Positions 47,604 through 56,699 of a stretch of DNA of 64,000 nt are shown here, piece by piece. The notes under the pieces are model-generated. The model ran no database searches and was not told the origin of the DNA. It saw only the letters and a program-made list of their open reading frames with translations. Position 1 is the first letter of the stretch, and every line of letters begins with the position of its first letter. This DNA comes from a virus: the IMG/VR virus record IMGVR_UViG_3300046373_000092, positions 1-64,000 of that record. One strand, 5' to 3'. The position numbers were made by a program, and so were the translations under genes.

Positions 47604-47793
47604 AAAATTTTACCTCTAAAAAAAGAGATGAAACTATAGAAGATTCGGGAACATCAAGTCTTAGAAAAATAGCACCAGTAAATGTGCCTTTAAATTTCAC
47701 TCCTTGGTAGGAGGGATCTAAATTCCAAGCTCCAACCATAAGTCCCTTGGAATTAATCCAACAAATTCTAAAATCACGAGTAATTGGTATCAT
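47593..47793 (-). CDS. microprotein family member (divergent)
   Basis: ...SIVSSLFLEVKFFEK*. Confidence 0.55.
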   Translation of the reverse strand: MIPITRDFRICWINSKGLMVGAWNLDPSYQGVKFKGTFTGAIFLRLDVPESSIVSSLFLEVKFFEK

Positions 47794-48182
47794 TTCTTAG
47801 CCTTAACCTTAATACAGTAGCCATCCTGAAATATTACAGGTAAATCTCTATCTATCATTATGTCATAAAAGCGTTTGTGCGTCAAGTTATCTTTTAATAA
47901 TTGCACTCTATGCTCGTTACTGCCGCAAAGTATTAGGCTATGTCTAACGGGGCAAATTAAGCCGCTGGGAGACAGAAGTAGGGTGTTGGTAGCTAAGGTT
48001 AGGTTCGGGCTGCCAGATAGGCTAATGGTGAAATTACTGGAATATAGGGGGATGATGGATTTTACTGTCGCCTCAGTAATTGTATTGTCTTCGTCCAAAA
48101 CATTAATTTTGTCGCCAATGCTTATTTTAGTAATAGAGGTAGCCACTTTGTTTTTCCAAACTACATAATTACTTAATATCAT
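47790..48182 (-). CDS. stand-alone degenerate Hint-like domain protein
   Basis: ITKISIGDKI (block A-like), LTLATNTLL (block B-like, no His), FYDIMID...FQDG (block F-like); no Cys1 or terminal Asn. Confidence 0.55.
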   Translation of the reverse strand: MILSNYVVWKNKVATSITKISIGDKINVLDEDNTITEATVKSIIPLYSSNFTISLSGSPNLTLATNTLLLSPSGLICPVRHSLILCGSNEHRVQLLKDNLTHKRFYDIMIDRDLPVIFQDGYCIKVKAKK

Positions 48183-48354
48183 AAAGTGCCTGGATTATTT
48201 TAGACTTTACAGACTTTTCGTTTACAAACTTAGGATTAGCCATAAATCCATTTTGCCAGTAATCTGCAGAGTAGTCTAAGCTGAAGTTTAGAAATATATG
48301 CATGCGCACAGTTTCGAGGCTATCAAAAAATATCCCACGAGTTGAGCGTTTCAT
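48169..48354 (-). CDS. microprotein family member
   Basis: ...SVKSKIIQALYDIK*. Confidence 0.75.
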   Translation of the reverse strand: MKRSTRGIFFDSLETVRMHIFLNFSLDYSADYWQNGFMANPKFVNEKSVKSKIIQALYDIK

Positions 48355-48557
48355 TTTAGCAGACCCTCAATAACAGAACTCCGGAAAACTCTAACATCTA
48401 TTGCGGTATCATGGGTGGAATAGGGATCGTAAACTTCACGAAGAGGCACGAATTCAGATATCTCGTGTTCTAAATAATCTCTATCCTTTAAATATCTATA
48501 AATAAAACTTTCCTCGTTATCTACCCAAAAATATTTATTATCGAGAATACGTTTCAT
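48351..48557 (-). CDS. microprotein family member
   Basis: ...VFRSSVIEGLLK*. Confidence 0.75.
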   Translation of the reverse strand: MKRILDNKYFWVDNEESFIYRYLKDRDYLEHEISEFVPLREVYDPYSTHDTAIDVRVFRSSVIEGLLK

Positions 48558-48733
48558 TTTACAATTCCTATAGTAGGAAACAGTTCTTGTATCAGGGCAG
48601 AATTAATAGTGTTTTGACAAGCTAAAAATATATCTTCGGGATAGAGAGGTAAACTGAAATCATACCTAGGATGCCCGCCAGTAATGAGTACTTCATCTGA
48701 AAAAAATGTTTTGTATACTAGATAATATTTCAT
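48554..48733 (-). CDS. microprotein family member (59 aa, not in ORF track)
   Basis: MKYYLVYK...TINSALIQELFPTIGIVK*. Confidence 0.75.
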   Translation of the reverse strand: MKYYLVYKTFFSDEVLITGGHPRYDFSLPLYPEDIFLACQNTINSALIQELFPTIGIVK

Positions 48734-49362
48734 GATCTTTTGAATCTCTCAGAATGCCAAAGTTTAACGTCTAACTCCAGTCTAGTTAAAGTATCGTCAT
48801 TGTTAATAATAACGTCATAGTCTTTATCTTCCCCTATAGACAGTTCAGAGACGTGTCCCGACCCTTCGTATCCTGCACGCTTAATTCTGATCAGAGTAGC
48901 CCCTAGAGACTTTAGCGCGGCTCTTTCGTTGGGAAATCTAGCGTCAGTAATTACAATGTGCCCTTCCGTTTTTTTAACAACGTCTAGCGCCAAGTTAACA
49001 AGAAAGTCTTCGGCGATACAGTTACGTAACAGCTCTGTTCCGATAAACTGCAGTATCTCTCGGGGGGTGTTAAAAAACTTGTCTCTGCCATGCTGCATTA
49101 GTAGCTGGGTCTGCATTTCGTCAGCATTAACTAACTTAGCCAAAATCTCCACATTTTCAATTCTCATAATTACTGGAGAATTAAAGCTAAGGTCTTTAAG
49201 CGCATCATCTGTAAAATGGATTAGGGGGAGCTGCATACACTCGGCAGAAAGCTTACGCAGAGGATCTGCAAAGGCTACTCTTTGATAATTGAAGTGACGT
49301 TTTAATATATCAGCGACGACATCTTTACCTGAGCGTTTAGGAGCAGAGAGTACGATAATCAT
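48730..49362 (-). CDS. deoxynucleoside monophosphate kinase
   Basis: P-loop SAPKRSGKD, FADPLR, TPREILQFIGTE, ITDARFPNE, HVSE. Confidence 0.9.
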   Translation of the reverse strand: MIIVLSAPKRSGKDVVADILKRHFNYQRVAFADPLRKLSAECMQLPLIHFTDDALKDLSFNSPVIMRIENVEILAKLVNADEMQTQLLMQHGRDKFFNTPREILQFIGTELLRNCIAEDFLVNLALDVVKKTEGHIVITDARFPNERAALKSLGATLIRIKRAGYEGSGHVSELSIGEDKDYDVIINNDDTLTRLELDVKLWHSERFKRS

Positions 49363-49541
49363 AAGTATAATTCCTTTAGTAGTTGTGATTTGAAGATTTT
49401 ATTATTAAGAATAACCGACCCGTGAAACGGGTTTTTGCAGAAAGAGTAGGGCATATTCCTATAGATAGATGATGCAATTGCATCACTTAAATAGAGGAAT
49501 GCGTAGTAGTCGAACTGGGATTTGTTTTTTCCGCTAATCAT
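49359..49541 (-). CDS. microprotein family member
   Basis: MISGKNK...IFKSQLLKELYL*. Confidence 0.8.
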   Translation of the reverse strand: MISGKNKSQFDYYAFLYLSDAIASSIYRNMPYSFCKNPFHGSVILNNKIFKSQLLKELYL

Positions 49542-49723
49542 GACAATAGCTCCTTCATAATTGAGGATTGGAATACGTCAATTAGAGTTATTCTCCAATT
49601 TCTAGCCTTAGCAATATCCGGAGTGTGTATGCACAAATCTAAATTTCTAGTTGCAGCTTTTAAGTCTGAGTACGTTAGGGGGCTATCGGAGCTATACCCC
49701 CTCTTAGTATTATCTATCGCCAC
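49538..49723 (-). CDS. microprotein family member
   Basis: GTG start MAIDN...VFQSSIMKELLS*. Confidence 0.8.
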   Translation of the reverse strand: MAIDNTKRGYSSDSPLTYSDLKAATRNLDLCIHTPDIAKARNWRITLIDVFQSSIMKELLS

Positions 49724-49916
49724 GAAATAGCTCCTGGATAATCTTAGATTCAAGCATGTCGTATAGCCAAATACTGAATCCGTATTCTTCTGCCATTAAA
49801 GAGTCGTGTCTTTGATGTATCCCATACCTCGAACTGTCCAAAGCTCTTTTAAAAACATCCATTGAACCGCGCTTAAATCTATAGGTGTAGCCTAGTTTGT
49901 TTTTATTTATTGCCAT
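49710..49916 (-). CDS. microprotein family member
   Basis: MAINKNK...MLESKIIQELFRGDR*. Confidence 0.8.
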   Translation of the reverse strand: MAINKNKLGYTYRFKRGSMDVFKRALDSSRYGIHQRHDSLMAEEYGFSIWLYDMLESKIIQELFRGDR

Positions 49917-50115
49917 TAGATGCCTCAAATAATTCTAAAAATATCTCAGATTGAAAGTATTCATTGCGAACAAAATATCCATATTGCCCTCCCGTATTCG
50001 GAGTGTGACACCCATCAAATGGATTATCGGAATACTCGAGATAATCAGAGTAGAAATCTTTAGTCTCAGAGAAATTATAAAATCTACAGCCCAGCAAGTC
50101 TTTTCTTGTCGCCAT
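49903..50115 (-). CDS. microprotein family member
   Basis: ...YFQSEIFLELFEASNGNK*. Confidence 0.8.
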   Translation of the reverse strand: MATRKDLLGCRFYNFSETKDFYSDYLEYSDNPFDGCHTPNTGGQYGYFVRNEYFQSEIFLELFEASNGNK

Positions 50116-50116
50116 A

Positions 50117-50293
50117 CTAGTCCTTAAATAAAGCTATGAATAATTCTGAGTTGAGTGTTTCATTGCAAAAAAATCGGTCTTTGTTTATAATCCCAGGGTC
50201 ACTCGACAGCCATCGACCGTAAGAGCTTCCGACATAATTCTTTAGACAGTACGGCAGTACCGCAAACTTACTAAATACAAATCCTTGCTTCAT
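50117..50293 (-). CDS. microprotein family member (58 aa, not in ORF track)
   Basis: MKQGFVFS...TLNSELFIALFKD*. Confidence 0.7.
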   Translation of the reverse strand: MKQGFVFSKFAVLPYCLKNYVGSSYGRWLSSDPGIINKDRFFCNETLNSELFIALFKD

Positions 50294-50634
50294 TTTTTAC
50301 TCGATACAGTGGCGACGTAATCTAAAACATTGCGGGTCCAATTTCCAATTTCGAAGTAATGTTCCTCTAGCAGTTCAAAGATTAATTCTTCCATCTGTGC
50401 AGCAGTAATGTTGGCAGAGGTTGTTCCAGAAGATTCCACCATAGCGTGTCCAATTTCATGCATTACCAATCCGAACTTAACTCTATCCGTGCAAAAGTAA
50501 ATTTCACGTTCCTCGGGATACGTTATTGCCGCACTGTCTGAGCCATGTTTACGCTTATACAAAGCAGGAGACTGGACAAATATCTTCCAGTCAAGTCCTT
50601 TAATGTTAATTGTCATATATTGTTTTTTAGTCAT
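50290..50634 (-). CDS. small HExxH zinc metallopeptidase-like protein
   Basis: VMHEIGHA...MEE. Confidence 0.75.
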   Translation of the reverse strand: MTKKQYMTINIKGLDWKIFVQSPALYKRKHGSDSAAITYPEEREIYFCTDRVKFGLVMHEIGHAMVESSGTTSANITAAQMEELIFELLEEHYFEIGNWTRNVLDYVATVSSKK

Positions 50635-50647
50635 AACGTCCTCAGTA

Positions 50648-50677
50648 ATTGTAGCACAGTGTCATTGCTAATTGCAA
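50648..50677 (-). promoter_or_regulatory. sigma70-type promoter
   Basis: TTGCAA-18 bp-TACAAT with TG extension. Confidence 0.5.
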
Positions 50678-50841
50678 CAAAGTTCTTGAATAAGTTCTGA
50701 TTTAATACAAGACTCAGATAGTGCATATTTCCAATGATGCTTCACAAAGTGGAAGTCATATTGGTATTCCAACCCATTAATGAGGGGTAGTTCATATAAA
50801 ATATCGTCCACTCCAATATACAATCTCTTTTTGTCTATCAC
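50668..50841 (-). CDS. microprotein family member (57 aa, not in ORF track)
   Basis: MIDKKRLY...CIKSELIQELCCN*. Confidence 0.75.
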   Translation of the reverse strand: MIDKKRLYIGVDDILYELPLINGLEYQYDFHFVKHHWKYALSESCIKSELIQELCCN

Positions 50842-51773
50842 TTTAGCAATGCCTTACGTTTTGATTTCGCTAATAGGTTAACATTATCCTTAAACTCTTT
50901 CTGACAGTTAGTGCAAACATAACGCTGGAACTTCCCAGAGTTGCTGTAGATAAAGCCCTTCGACTTGAACTCTTCATTGCCGCAAGTACAACGTTCTTTC
51001 GCATCATCTGAAGAAAAGATGTTAAACTGGATAGTCTTGTCCCATGGGGCTAGTACAAAGTAGAGTTCTTCCAAAGATAGGATATCAAACTTGTTGTATC
51101 TCTCCATTGATTTCCAAGCCTTCAGATTACCCTTCAAACACTCTCTCCAAAGTGAGAATCCCGGGAAGTCACTATGATCTTGCTTCTTGTATTTGGTGCA
51201 AAGTTTATCGGTCATATAGGCTAGTTTATTACTAGTGAAGCCGAAATGTTTTTTTGCAATGCGAAGTGTATCAATATTTCTAAAACTAGTTACAGGAGGC
51301 ATGCCGTTAAGAATAAAACGAGCGTTGAGTTTCTTAATGTCAAACTTGATACCATTTTGAGTAAGCAGGATATCCGCCTCGTCCATTAAACTGTGGATAG
51401 TTTTTAGTAGCTTGAGGTCATTTCTGGGATCTTTCTCATCCCTGTTATCAGCATAGAATATCTCATTTTCGGGAGAGCCTAGCCACTTTGCTGAGAAGCT
51501 GGCAATCGACCAATCCACTTTAACCATCTCCAATCCAATGTTCTGGTCAAATAACCCCCAAGTGTAGCACTCAAGAGGAAAAGTCTCAATGTCCACTACA
51601 AGTACCTTAGCGCCCTGTGTAACGCTATTAGCCGTCTCTAAATGTCTATAGTAGGTCTTGCGTAATGCATTAGCAGAATATCCCGAAAAATGATCGGTGA
51701 GCTGCTTCCACGTCAATTTATCGTTATCCCTTAAATTGATTAGTTCCATTACTTTGTCTAGTGATAAGCTCAT
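50838..51773 (-). CDS. RNase H-like (DEDD) exonuclease with C-terminal Zn ribbon
   Basis: VVDIET, QNGIKFD, IDTL, YNKFD; CTCG...CTNC. Confidence 0.85.
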   Translation of the reverse strand: MSLSLDKVMELINLRDNDKLTWKQLTDHFSGYSANALRKTYYRHLETANSVTQGAKVLVVDIETFPLECYTWGLFDQNIGLEMVKVDWSIASFSAKWLGSPENEIFYADNRDEKDPRNDLKLLKTIHSLMDEADILLTQNGIKFDIKKLNARFILNGMPPVTSFRNIDTLRIAKKHFGFTSNKLAYMTDKLCTKYKKQDHSDFPGFSLWRECLKGNLKAWKSMERYNKFDILSLEELYFVLAPWDKTIQFNIFSSDDAKERCTCGNEEFKSKGFIYSNSGKFQRYVCTNCQKEFKDNVNLLAKSKRKALLK

Positions 51774-51776
51774 TAA

Positions 51777-52121
51777 TTACTCCTGTAATTCCCATTCGTT
51801 ATGGATTGTGCATATTTCTTTGGGAACATATTCCATTTTTCCCATATATCTAAATTTGTTAAATACTCTTTTCGGATTAGTATCATATTCGCCAATTATT
51901 AAATAACAATCGCTGTCAGCAGCAGAATCTACTAAATAAGTTTTGCCGAACATTTCATTTTTAACACGGTCATAGCGGAGGGCGACAAGCGCCTCCGGTT
52001 TAATTTTATCGTAGACATCTTGACTGATTACCAACTCTCCGCTATCTCCGATATAACTGTTTGGAAAAAGATTCAATGCGTCACGAAGGGTGGCAACTGT
52101 TATTTTTCTTAGCTTAGGCAT
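51777..52121 (-). CDS. hypothetical protein
   Basis: 114 aa. Confidence 0.65.
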   Translation of the reverse strand: MPKLRKITVATLRDALNLFPNSYIGDSGELVISQDVYDKIKPEALVALRYDRVKNEMFGKTYLVDSAADSDCYLIIGEYDTNPKRVFNKFRYMGKMEYVPKEICTIHNEWELQE

Positions 52122-52297
52122 AATTCCCTCACAATTTCAGAATAGAAAACATCTACGTCTATATAAATACCAACAATTCTCTTATAAGAATAAGAATTAC
52201 CCCAAGTACACTGCTTTACAGGCTTGTAGCTAGCTATACTGATTATAGAAGCGCCAGTAGAAACGGCAACGTAATATTTATCGTCAAATCTCTTCAT
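52109..52297 (-). CDS. microprotein family member
   Basis: ...VFYSEIVRELCLS*. Confidence 0.8.
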   Translation of the reverse strand: MKRFDDKYYVAVSTGASIISIASYKPVKQCTWGNSYSYKRIVGIYIDVDVFYSEIVRELCLS

Positions 52298-52476
52298 TGA
52301 ACCATTCCACTATCTGTTGATTCAGTAATCATTTTAAAATATAATGCTACAGACAGAGCTACTATATCCGTAAGTACTTCGCGCTGCTCTAAGTCCATAC
52401 TAACTACTTCTAATTTATCGGCTACGATAGTAACAATTTCTGCAACAATGTCTGAGTTAAGTGAGTATGTTTTCAT
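52294..52476 (-). CDS. hypothetical protein
   Basis: 60 aa, coupled. Confidence 0.6.
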   Translation of the reverse strand: MKTYSLNSDIVAEIVTIVADKLEVVSMDLEQREVLTDIVALSVALYFKMITESTDSGMVQ

Positions 52477-52878
52477 TTATTCCTTAATTTTACGAGTATG
52501 GATTTCTCTGCAAACTTCTATAGTGGCTGAGTGAGTTCTGACATAATCAATTTTACTGATTTCGTTACAGTTTAAAGTTCCTGATCCATTTGGAAATTGA
52601 AATGATAATAATCTACTATATCTCAACTCCTCAACATAATTTCTAACTGTATAATGATCGTAGTCGTATATATTCTTATCCTCATAAGAAATATTAGGAA
52701 GTAATTGTTTAGTAAGTCTCTCTGAAAATGGAACCGTGATTACATCCCCATTTTTAGTAGTAATGGTTACAACATACTCTCCAATAGTAACGTCACGTTT
52801 ATTAGTCTGTTCGATTTCCCAAACATATTCAGCAGGAGTTTTTTTGAATCCAAAGAATGCTAAAATTTTATCTTTCAT
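52477..52878 (-). CDS. hypothetical protein
   Basis: start reassigned to ATG 52878 (TAATG overlap). Confidence 0.6.
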   Translation of the reverse strand: MKDKILAFFGFKKTPAEYVWEIEQTNKRDVTIGEYVVTITTKNGDVITVPFSERLTKQLLPNISYEDKNIYDYDHYTVRNYVEELRYSRLLSFQFPNGSGTLNCNEISKIDYVRTHSATIEVCREIHTRKIKE

Positions 52879-53069
52879 TATTTCCTCATGTCTAAAGTTA
52901 CGCGACAAGCTAGTAGCAAATCTGCCATATGAGAGGCGTCGTCCACAGCCTTGGCGGAGTATCGGTTCATTACTACAAGTCTTTCGCTGTAATATTTCGT
53001 AGCAAGGGTTCCTCCGCAGACCACTCCAGTAAACAATACTAGTGTGTATACAATAATTTTTATGAGCAT
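52878..53069 (-). CDS. small membrane/secreted protein
   Basis: N-terminal hydrophobic helix; SD GGAGG. Confidence 0.6.
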   Translation of the reverse strand: MLIKIIVYTLVLFTGVVCGGTLATKYYSERLVVMNRYSAKAVDDASHMADLLLACRVTLDMRK

Positions 53070-53094
53070 GATTCCTCCAAGAAAGCTTAGTATA

Positions 53095-53334
53095 TTATAA
53101 CACAGTTAGTCGTGTTTTGCAATGGAATTTTAAAATGTCAACATTTATTTTATCAATTCTTACTTCATAAAGTCCGGAGTATAAATGCCACTTAGTAGAG
53201 CCATCCAACTTAAATGTGAATGGTATATTTAATTCATTTAGTCTATTTTCACCAATCACTATATACTCTATAGTAGTTCCGGGATGAAATAGTGCGTCCA
53301 CTTCCAACATTGCAAGTCTAATCCACGGCGACAT
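53095..53334 (-). CDS. hypothetical protein
   Basis: 79 aa. Confidence 0.55.
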   Translation of the reverse strand: MSPWIRLAMLEVDALFHPGTTIEYIVIGENRLNELNIPFTFKLDGSTKWHLYSGLYEVRIDKINVDILKFHCKTRLTVL

Positions 53335-53335
53335 A

Positions 53336-55633
53336 TTATTTTCCCTCTCTTAAATTATAAGCTACTGTCGGCTCCGCAATTAACGGCATCAGTAGTGTGT
53401 TTGTATTCTCCATACAGTCTTTAACAATTTCGCAAGATCTATCTAATTCTTGTTTATTAGCAGTAGCTACCCATTCGTCGTGAACCTGCAAACTTAACCA
53501 AGCGTCCGTCCCCTCTTCCAGAAACTTCTTAGCCATAGCTATTCCGGCTCTGTTTACTAAACTGGCAGCGGCAGATTGAATCGGGAAGTTAAGGGCGTTA
53601 TTTAATAGACCGTTGTAAGTCTTGCTAATGTCTTTAGCTTCTTGATATGTTATGCCGTGACGTTTTGCGATTAGCCCAAGTTTTTTGTAGTCGAGGATGC
53701 CGTCGCCGTAAGTGTCGTATATTTCTTTCACTCTCGGTAAATGGCGGACACGTCCAAACTTACTAGTTACTTTCCCAGTGGTCTTGGCTTCACGTAAATA
53801 CTGGTCCATCTTCTTCTTCAGTCCGGGGAAAGCTTTAAAATAGTTATCAATAATGACCTGAGCCTCCTCCATACTGATGTTGAGAGTCTTGGATAGTTTC
53901 CCAGCCTTCATTCCATAGCGAATTCCCAAAGCATAAGCCTTGGCATCTTGACGCTTTTTTGGAAACAACTTCTTCAAAAAGTTAGCAGCCTTTTTATCAG
54001 CAGAGACCCCTTGAATATTTTCAGCATTAATCGCCACTACTGAGTACATGTCTAAGCTGTCTGTGAAGATTTTAATTAAAGCTTCGTCTCCAGCATCGTC
54101 AGCAAAGACTCTCGGCTCCAAAGATTCATAATCGTCATCAATGTAAGCGTAGCCCGGTTTAGGAATTAGCAGTTCCCTAATAATATCGTTAAACTTCGCG
54201 ATAGTTGGATGCTCTTCTTCCTCGTCTTCTTTCGGCTTCGGAAATTGTTGAGCATCCGATCCGTAGCGCCCAGAGGTAGTTCCGTGCTGTTTAAAGCTTG
54301 GATACCAGATGCCATCTTCTTGTTGATCAATCAGACGTTGGTAATAACTACTTTGTATTTTTGTAAGTTTATTAAATATTCTAAGTTGAGTTGCCCAGTC
54401 AAAGCCATATTTTTCGGCGATATGTTCAACCACTTTTTCGTCAAATTGATCTCCGCCGGTCTTTGTTTTCGAAAGAGAAGCAATTCCCATGTAATCAAAA
54501 ACAATCCTTTTAAGATGATGTTTGGAGCTAATGTTGATGAAGTTTTCGGAGTCATCAGATTCTTTTAGTAGCTGTAGTTGTATTTCTCTTGTGACATACT
54601 CTGGAAGATCTTCTAGTCCCAATAGAAATTTAAGACCCGCACCTCCCCTCGGAAGTATATCAGAGTTAAGGCTTTCTAAATTTTTTTTAGTGATGCTAAA
54701 TTTACCGGCAGCAGTTCGAGGTAGTGGCAAATCATAATATGTTGCAACTTTCTGAGCAAAACCTCCACTATTTTTGGGAGCAAATTCTTGTTCAAGTCGT
54801 TCCTGAACAAATCTCTGCCCTGCCGGAGTAGCCATCAAAGCATCAATTACTATTTTTTCGTAGTTTGCCAATTCAATAGTTATTTCTGCATTTGCCTTTA
54901 GTAGTTTTGGCATGTCGAGGTATACCCCTCGGTGCTCCATCTTCACCGTGCAATATTTATATAGCGGCATAACCTCATCTTCGTAAAAAAAGCCGTGTAA
55001 ACTTTCAACGTGCAGTCTAACTTCTAAAAACTTGAACAATCGAATAGTCATATCTACATCGGCACAGCAGTAGTAGCCTATAAGCTCCATATCGCCTTTG
55101 TAGATGTCTTTCTGAGTCTTCAGCCATTTACCTCCGTTGCGTTTAACAGACTCCGCCAGTTCTAATTGCTCCTGGTTAGAAGCGTCCTGTTCGTCGAGTC
55201 CAATCTCAACTTTGTATTTTTCTGCAAGGAACTTCAAACCAACGTTAGATTCCTCGTCTAGTGTGTGCTCCATTAGCTGAGTATCGGCGTGTAACGATCC
55301 GAGATAATTTACCTTTAAGTCATTCATGGTAATGCGAATATCGTAACTAGCGTTGTGCATTACAAGCTTTTTCGACTTCATAGCATCAAGCAGTAGTTTG
55401 TGATTAAAGGGCAGGGCGAAATCGACAAGAGTGTCAGTCTCGACATCAAATTTGAAGAGAGGATAGTAGTAACCCATGCCCTCTTGCCCAGTGAAGCCAT
55501 ACCCAATTACTGTGTCTTTGCGAACGTTTAGTCCAGTAGTCTCTGTATCATAGGCAATGAATTCATGCGACTTAATGTGGTCCAAGGCTTCTTGAAAAAG
55601 TTCTGGAGTGTTAATAATCAAATAATTCTTCAT
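53336..55633 (-). CDS. polA: family A DNA polymerase with 3'-5' exonuclease
   Basis: DTETTG, HNASYD, YCCAD; TTSGRY, DYESLEPR, KAYALGIRYG, NFPIQSAAA, QVHDE. Confidence 0.95.
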   Translation of the reverse strand: MKNYLIINTPELFQEALDHIKSHEFIAYDTETTGLNVRKDTVIGYGFTGQEGMGYYYPLFKFDVETDTLVDFALPFNHKLLLDAMKSKKLVMHNASYDIRITMNDLKVNYLGSLHADTQLMEHTLDEESNVGLKFLAEKYKVEIGLDEQDASNQEQLELAESVKRNGGKWLKTQKDIYKGDMELIGYYCCADVDMTIRLFKFLEVRLHVESLHGFFYEDEVMPLYKYCTVKMEHRGVYLDMPKLLKANAEITIELANYEKIVIDALMATPAGQRFVQERLEQEFAPKNSGGFAQKVATYYDLPLPRTAAGKFSITKKNLESLNSDILPRGGAGLKFLLGLEDLPEYVTREIQLQLLKESDDSENFINISSKHHLKRIVFDYMGIASLSKTKTGGDQFDEKVVEHIAEKYGFDWATQLRIFNKLTKIQSSYYQRLIDQQEDGIWYPSFKQHGTTSGRYGSDAQQFPKPKEDEEEEHPTIAKFNDIIRELLIPKPGYAYIDDDYESLEPRVFADDAGDEALIKIFTDSLDMYSVVAINAENIQGVSADKKAANFLKKLFPKKRQDAKAYALGIRYGMKAGKLSKTLNISMEEAQVIIDNYFKAFPGLKKKMDQYLREAKTTGKVTSKFGRVRHLPRVKEIYDTYGDGILDYKKLGLIAKRHGITYQEAKDISKTYNGLLNNALNFPIQSAAASLVNRAGIAMAKKFLEEGTDAWLSLQVHDEWVATANKQELDRSCEIVKDCMENTNTLLMPLIAEPTVAYNLREGK

Positions 55634-55808
55634 CTATTAATTCCTTAAAAACTTCAGACGTTATTGCTAAATATTTCACATAGTCATTATTTAAGAGGGT
55701 GTATGCAAAATTAGCGGAATCGCCTATGAACCAAGTTCCGGTTTCATCGCGATACCCAACTAGCTCTGAGCCGTCCTTATTTATCTTATATCCTTTCACA
55801 GTGCTCAT
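55611..55808 (-). CDS. microprotein family member
   Basis: ...AITSEVFKELIDEELFDY*. Confidence 0.75.
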   Translation of the reverse strand: MSTVKGYKINKDGSELVGYRDETGTWFIGDSANFAYTLLNNDYVKYLAITSEVFKELIDEELFDY

Positions 55809-56065
55809 GATGGACCCAAAGGCAAATCCTTTCTTCGAGGACGAGATTCAGCGTCCTGCGCTCTAGGGGCGGCAGACACTAGATAGCCGCTCTGAACTAA
55901 CTCTTGTTCAAGTTCCTCGTGTAATAATGTGCGTTTATGAGGATTTTTTTCATACGCTACAAATTCTTTAACCTCACATACGAATTCAATAAACTCCACC
56001 CCAGCCATCATAGCCATAAAAAAAAGAACCGCGTATCCAACCCATTGAGCTATTTCATTTAACAT
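55805..56065 (-). CDS. membrane protein
   Basis: N-terminal TM. Confidence 0.6.
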   Translation of the reverse strand: MLNEIAQWVGYAVLFFMAMMAGVEFIEFVCEVKEFVAYEKNPHKRTLLHEELEQELVQSGYLVSAAPRAQDAESRPRRKDLPLGPS

Positions 56066-56220
56066 AAAATCTCCTGTAAGATTCTAGAATTATATGCTGA
56101 AGGTTTCAGGAATAGGGATTTGGGGCATTCGTAATCCCAATGCACCCCTAAAGCCCAATACTTAATCCTACCTCGAAGAGACCAATAGTTTTCTGCCCAG
56201 CCAGACGTATCAATTTTCAT
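56059..56220 (-). CDS. microprotein family member (53 aa, not in ORF track)
   Basis: MKIDTSGW...AYNSRILQEILC*. Confidence 0.75.
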   Translation of the reverse strand: MKIDTSGWAENYWSLRGRIKYWALGVHWDYECPKSLFLKPSAYNSRILQEILC

Positions 56221-56699
56221 TGTGCCAAATCCCCCTGCACTGAGAATAGTTCCTTCCAGTAATGTTTCACGTTACGCTGGTAATCAGAATCCTGCATTAA
56301 ATTAGGATTCATAATACTGAACGGTGACTTATCCAAAAATTTCTCTTCTGTGTGCTTTCTGTGCAAAACAGCATGTCCCAATTCGTGCGCAATAGTATTC
56401 TCTCTTTGCGAAGCAGAAGACTTACTCCAAAGGAACTTGTTTATAAAAATAAATTTTTGATGTGTACTGTAAGAGTCTGGAGCGCGTCCTTGCACATCTA
56501 TAGGTAGTTTATCAGAAAAACGAATATATAGCAAGTAAAAAGGTTCAAACTTAACGTTTTGCGATTTTGCCTCTTGCATAAATTTATCAACATATGGACG
56601 GAATTCATCTGAACAGATTACTCGGTTATGCATGTAAGCATAGGCTGCCACTAAAAAGAGGAGGTGTAGCGTGATGCTTGCGCAGGCTGTTCTAAACAT
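56217..56699 (-). CDS. exported metzincin (matrixin-like) metalloprotease
   Basis: N-terminal hydrophobic segment; HELGHAVLHRKH and Met-turn SIMNP. Confidence 0.8.
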   Translation of the reverse strand: MFRTACASITLHLLFLVAAYAYMHNRVICSDEFRPYVDKFMQEAKSQNVKFEPFYLLYIRFSDKLPIDVQGRAPDSYSTHQKFIFINKFLWSKSSASQRENTIAHELGHAVLHRKHTEEKFLDKSPFSIMNPNLMQDSDYQRNVKHYWKELFSVQGDLAQ

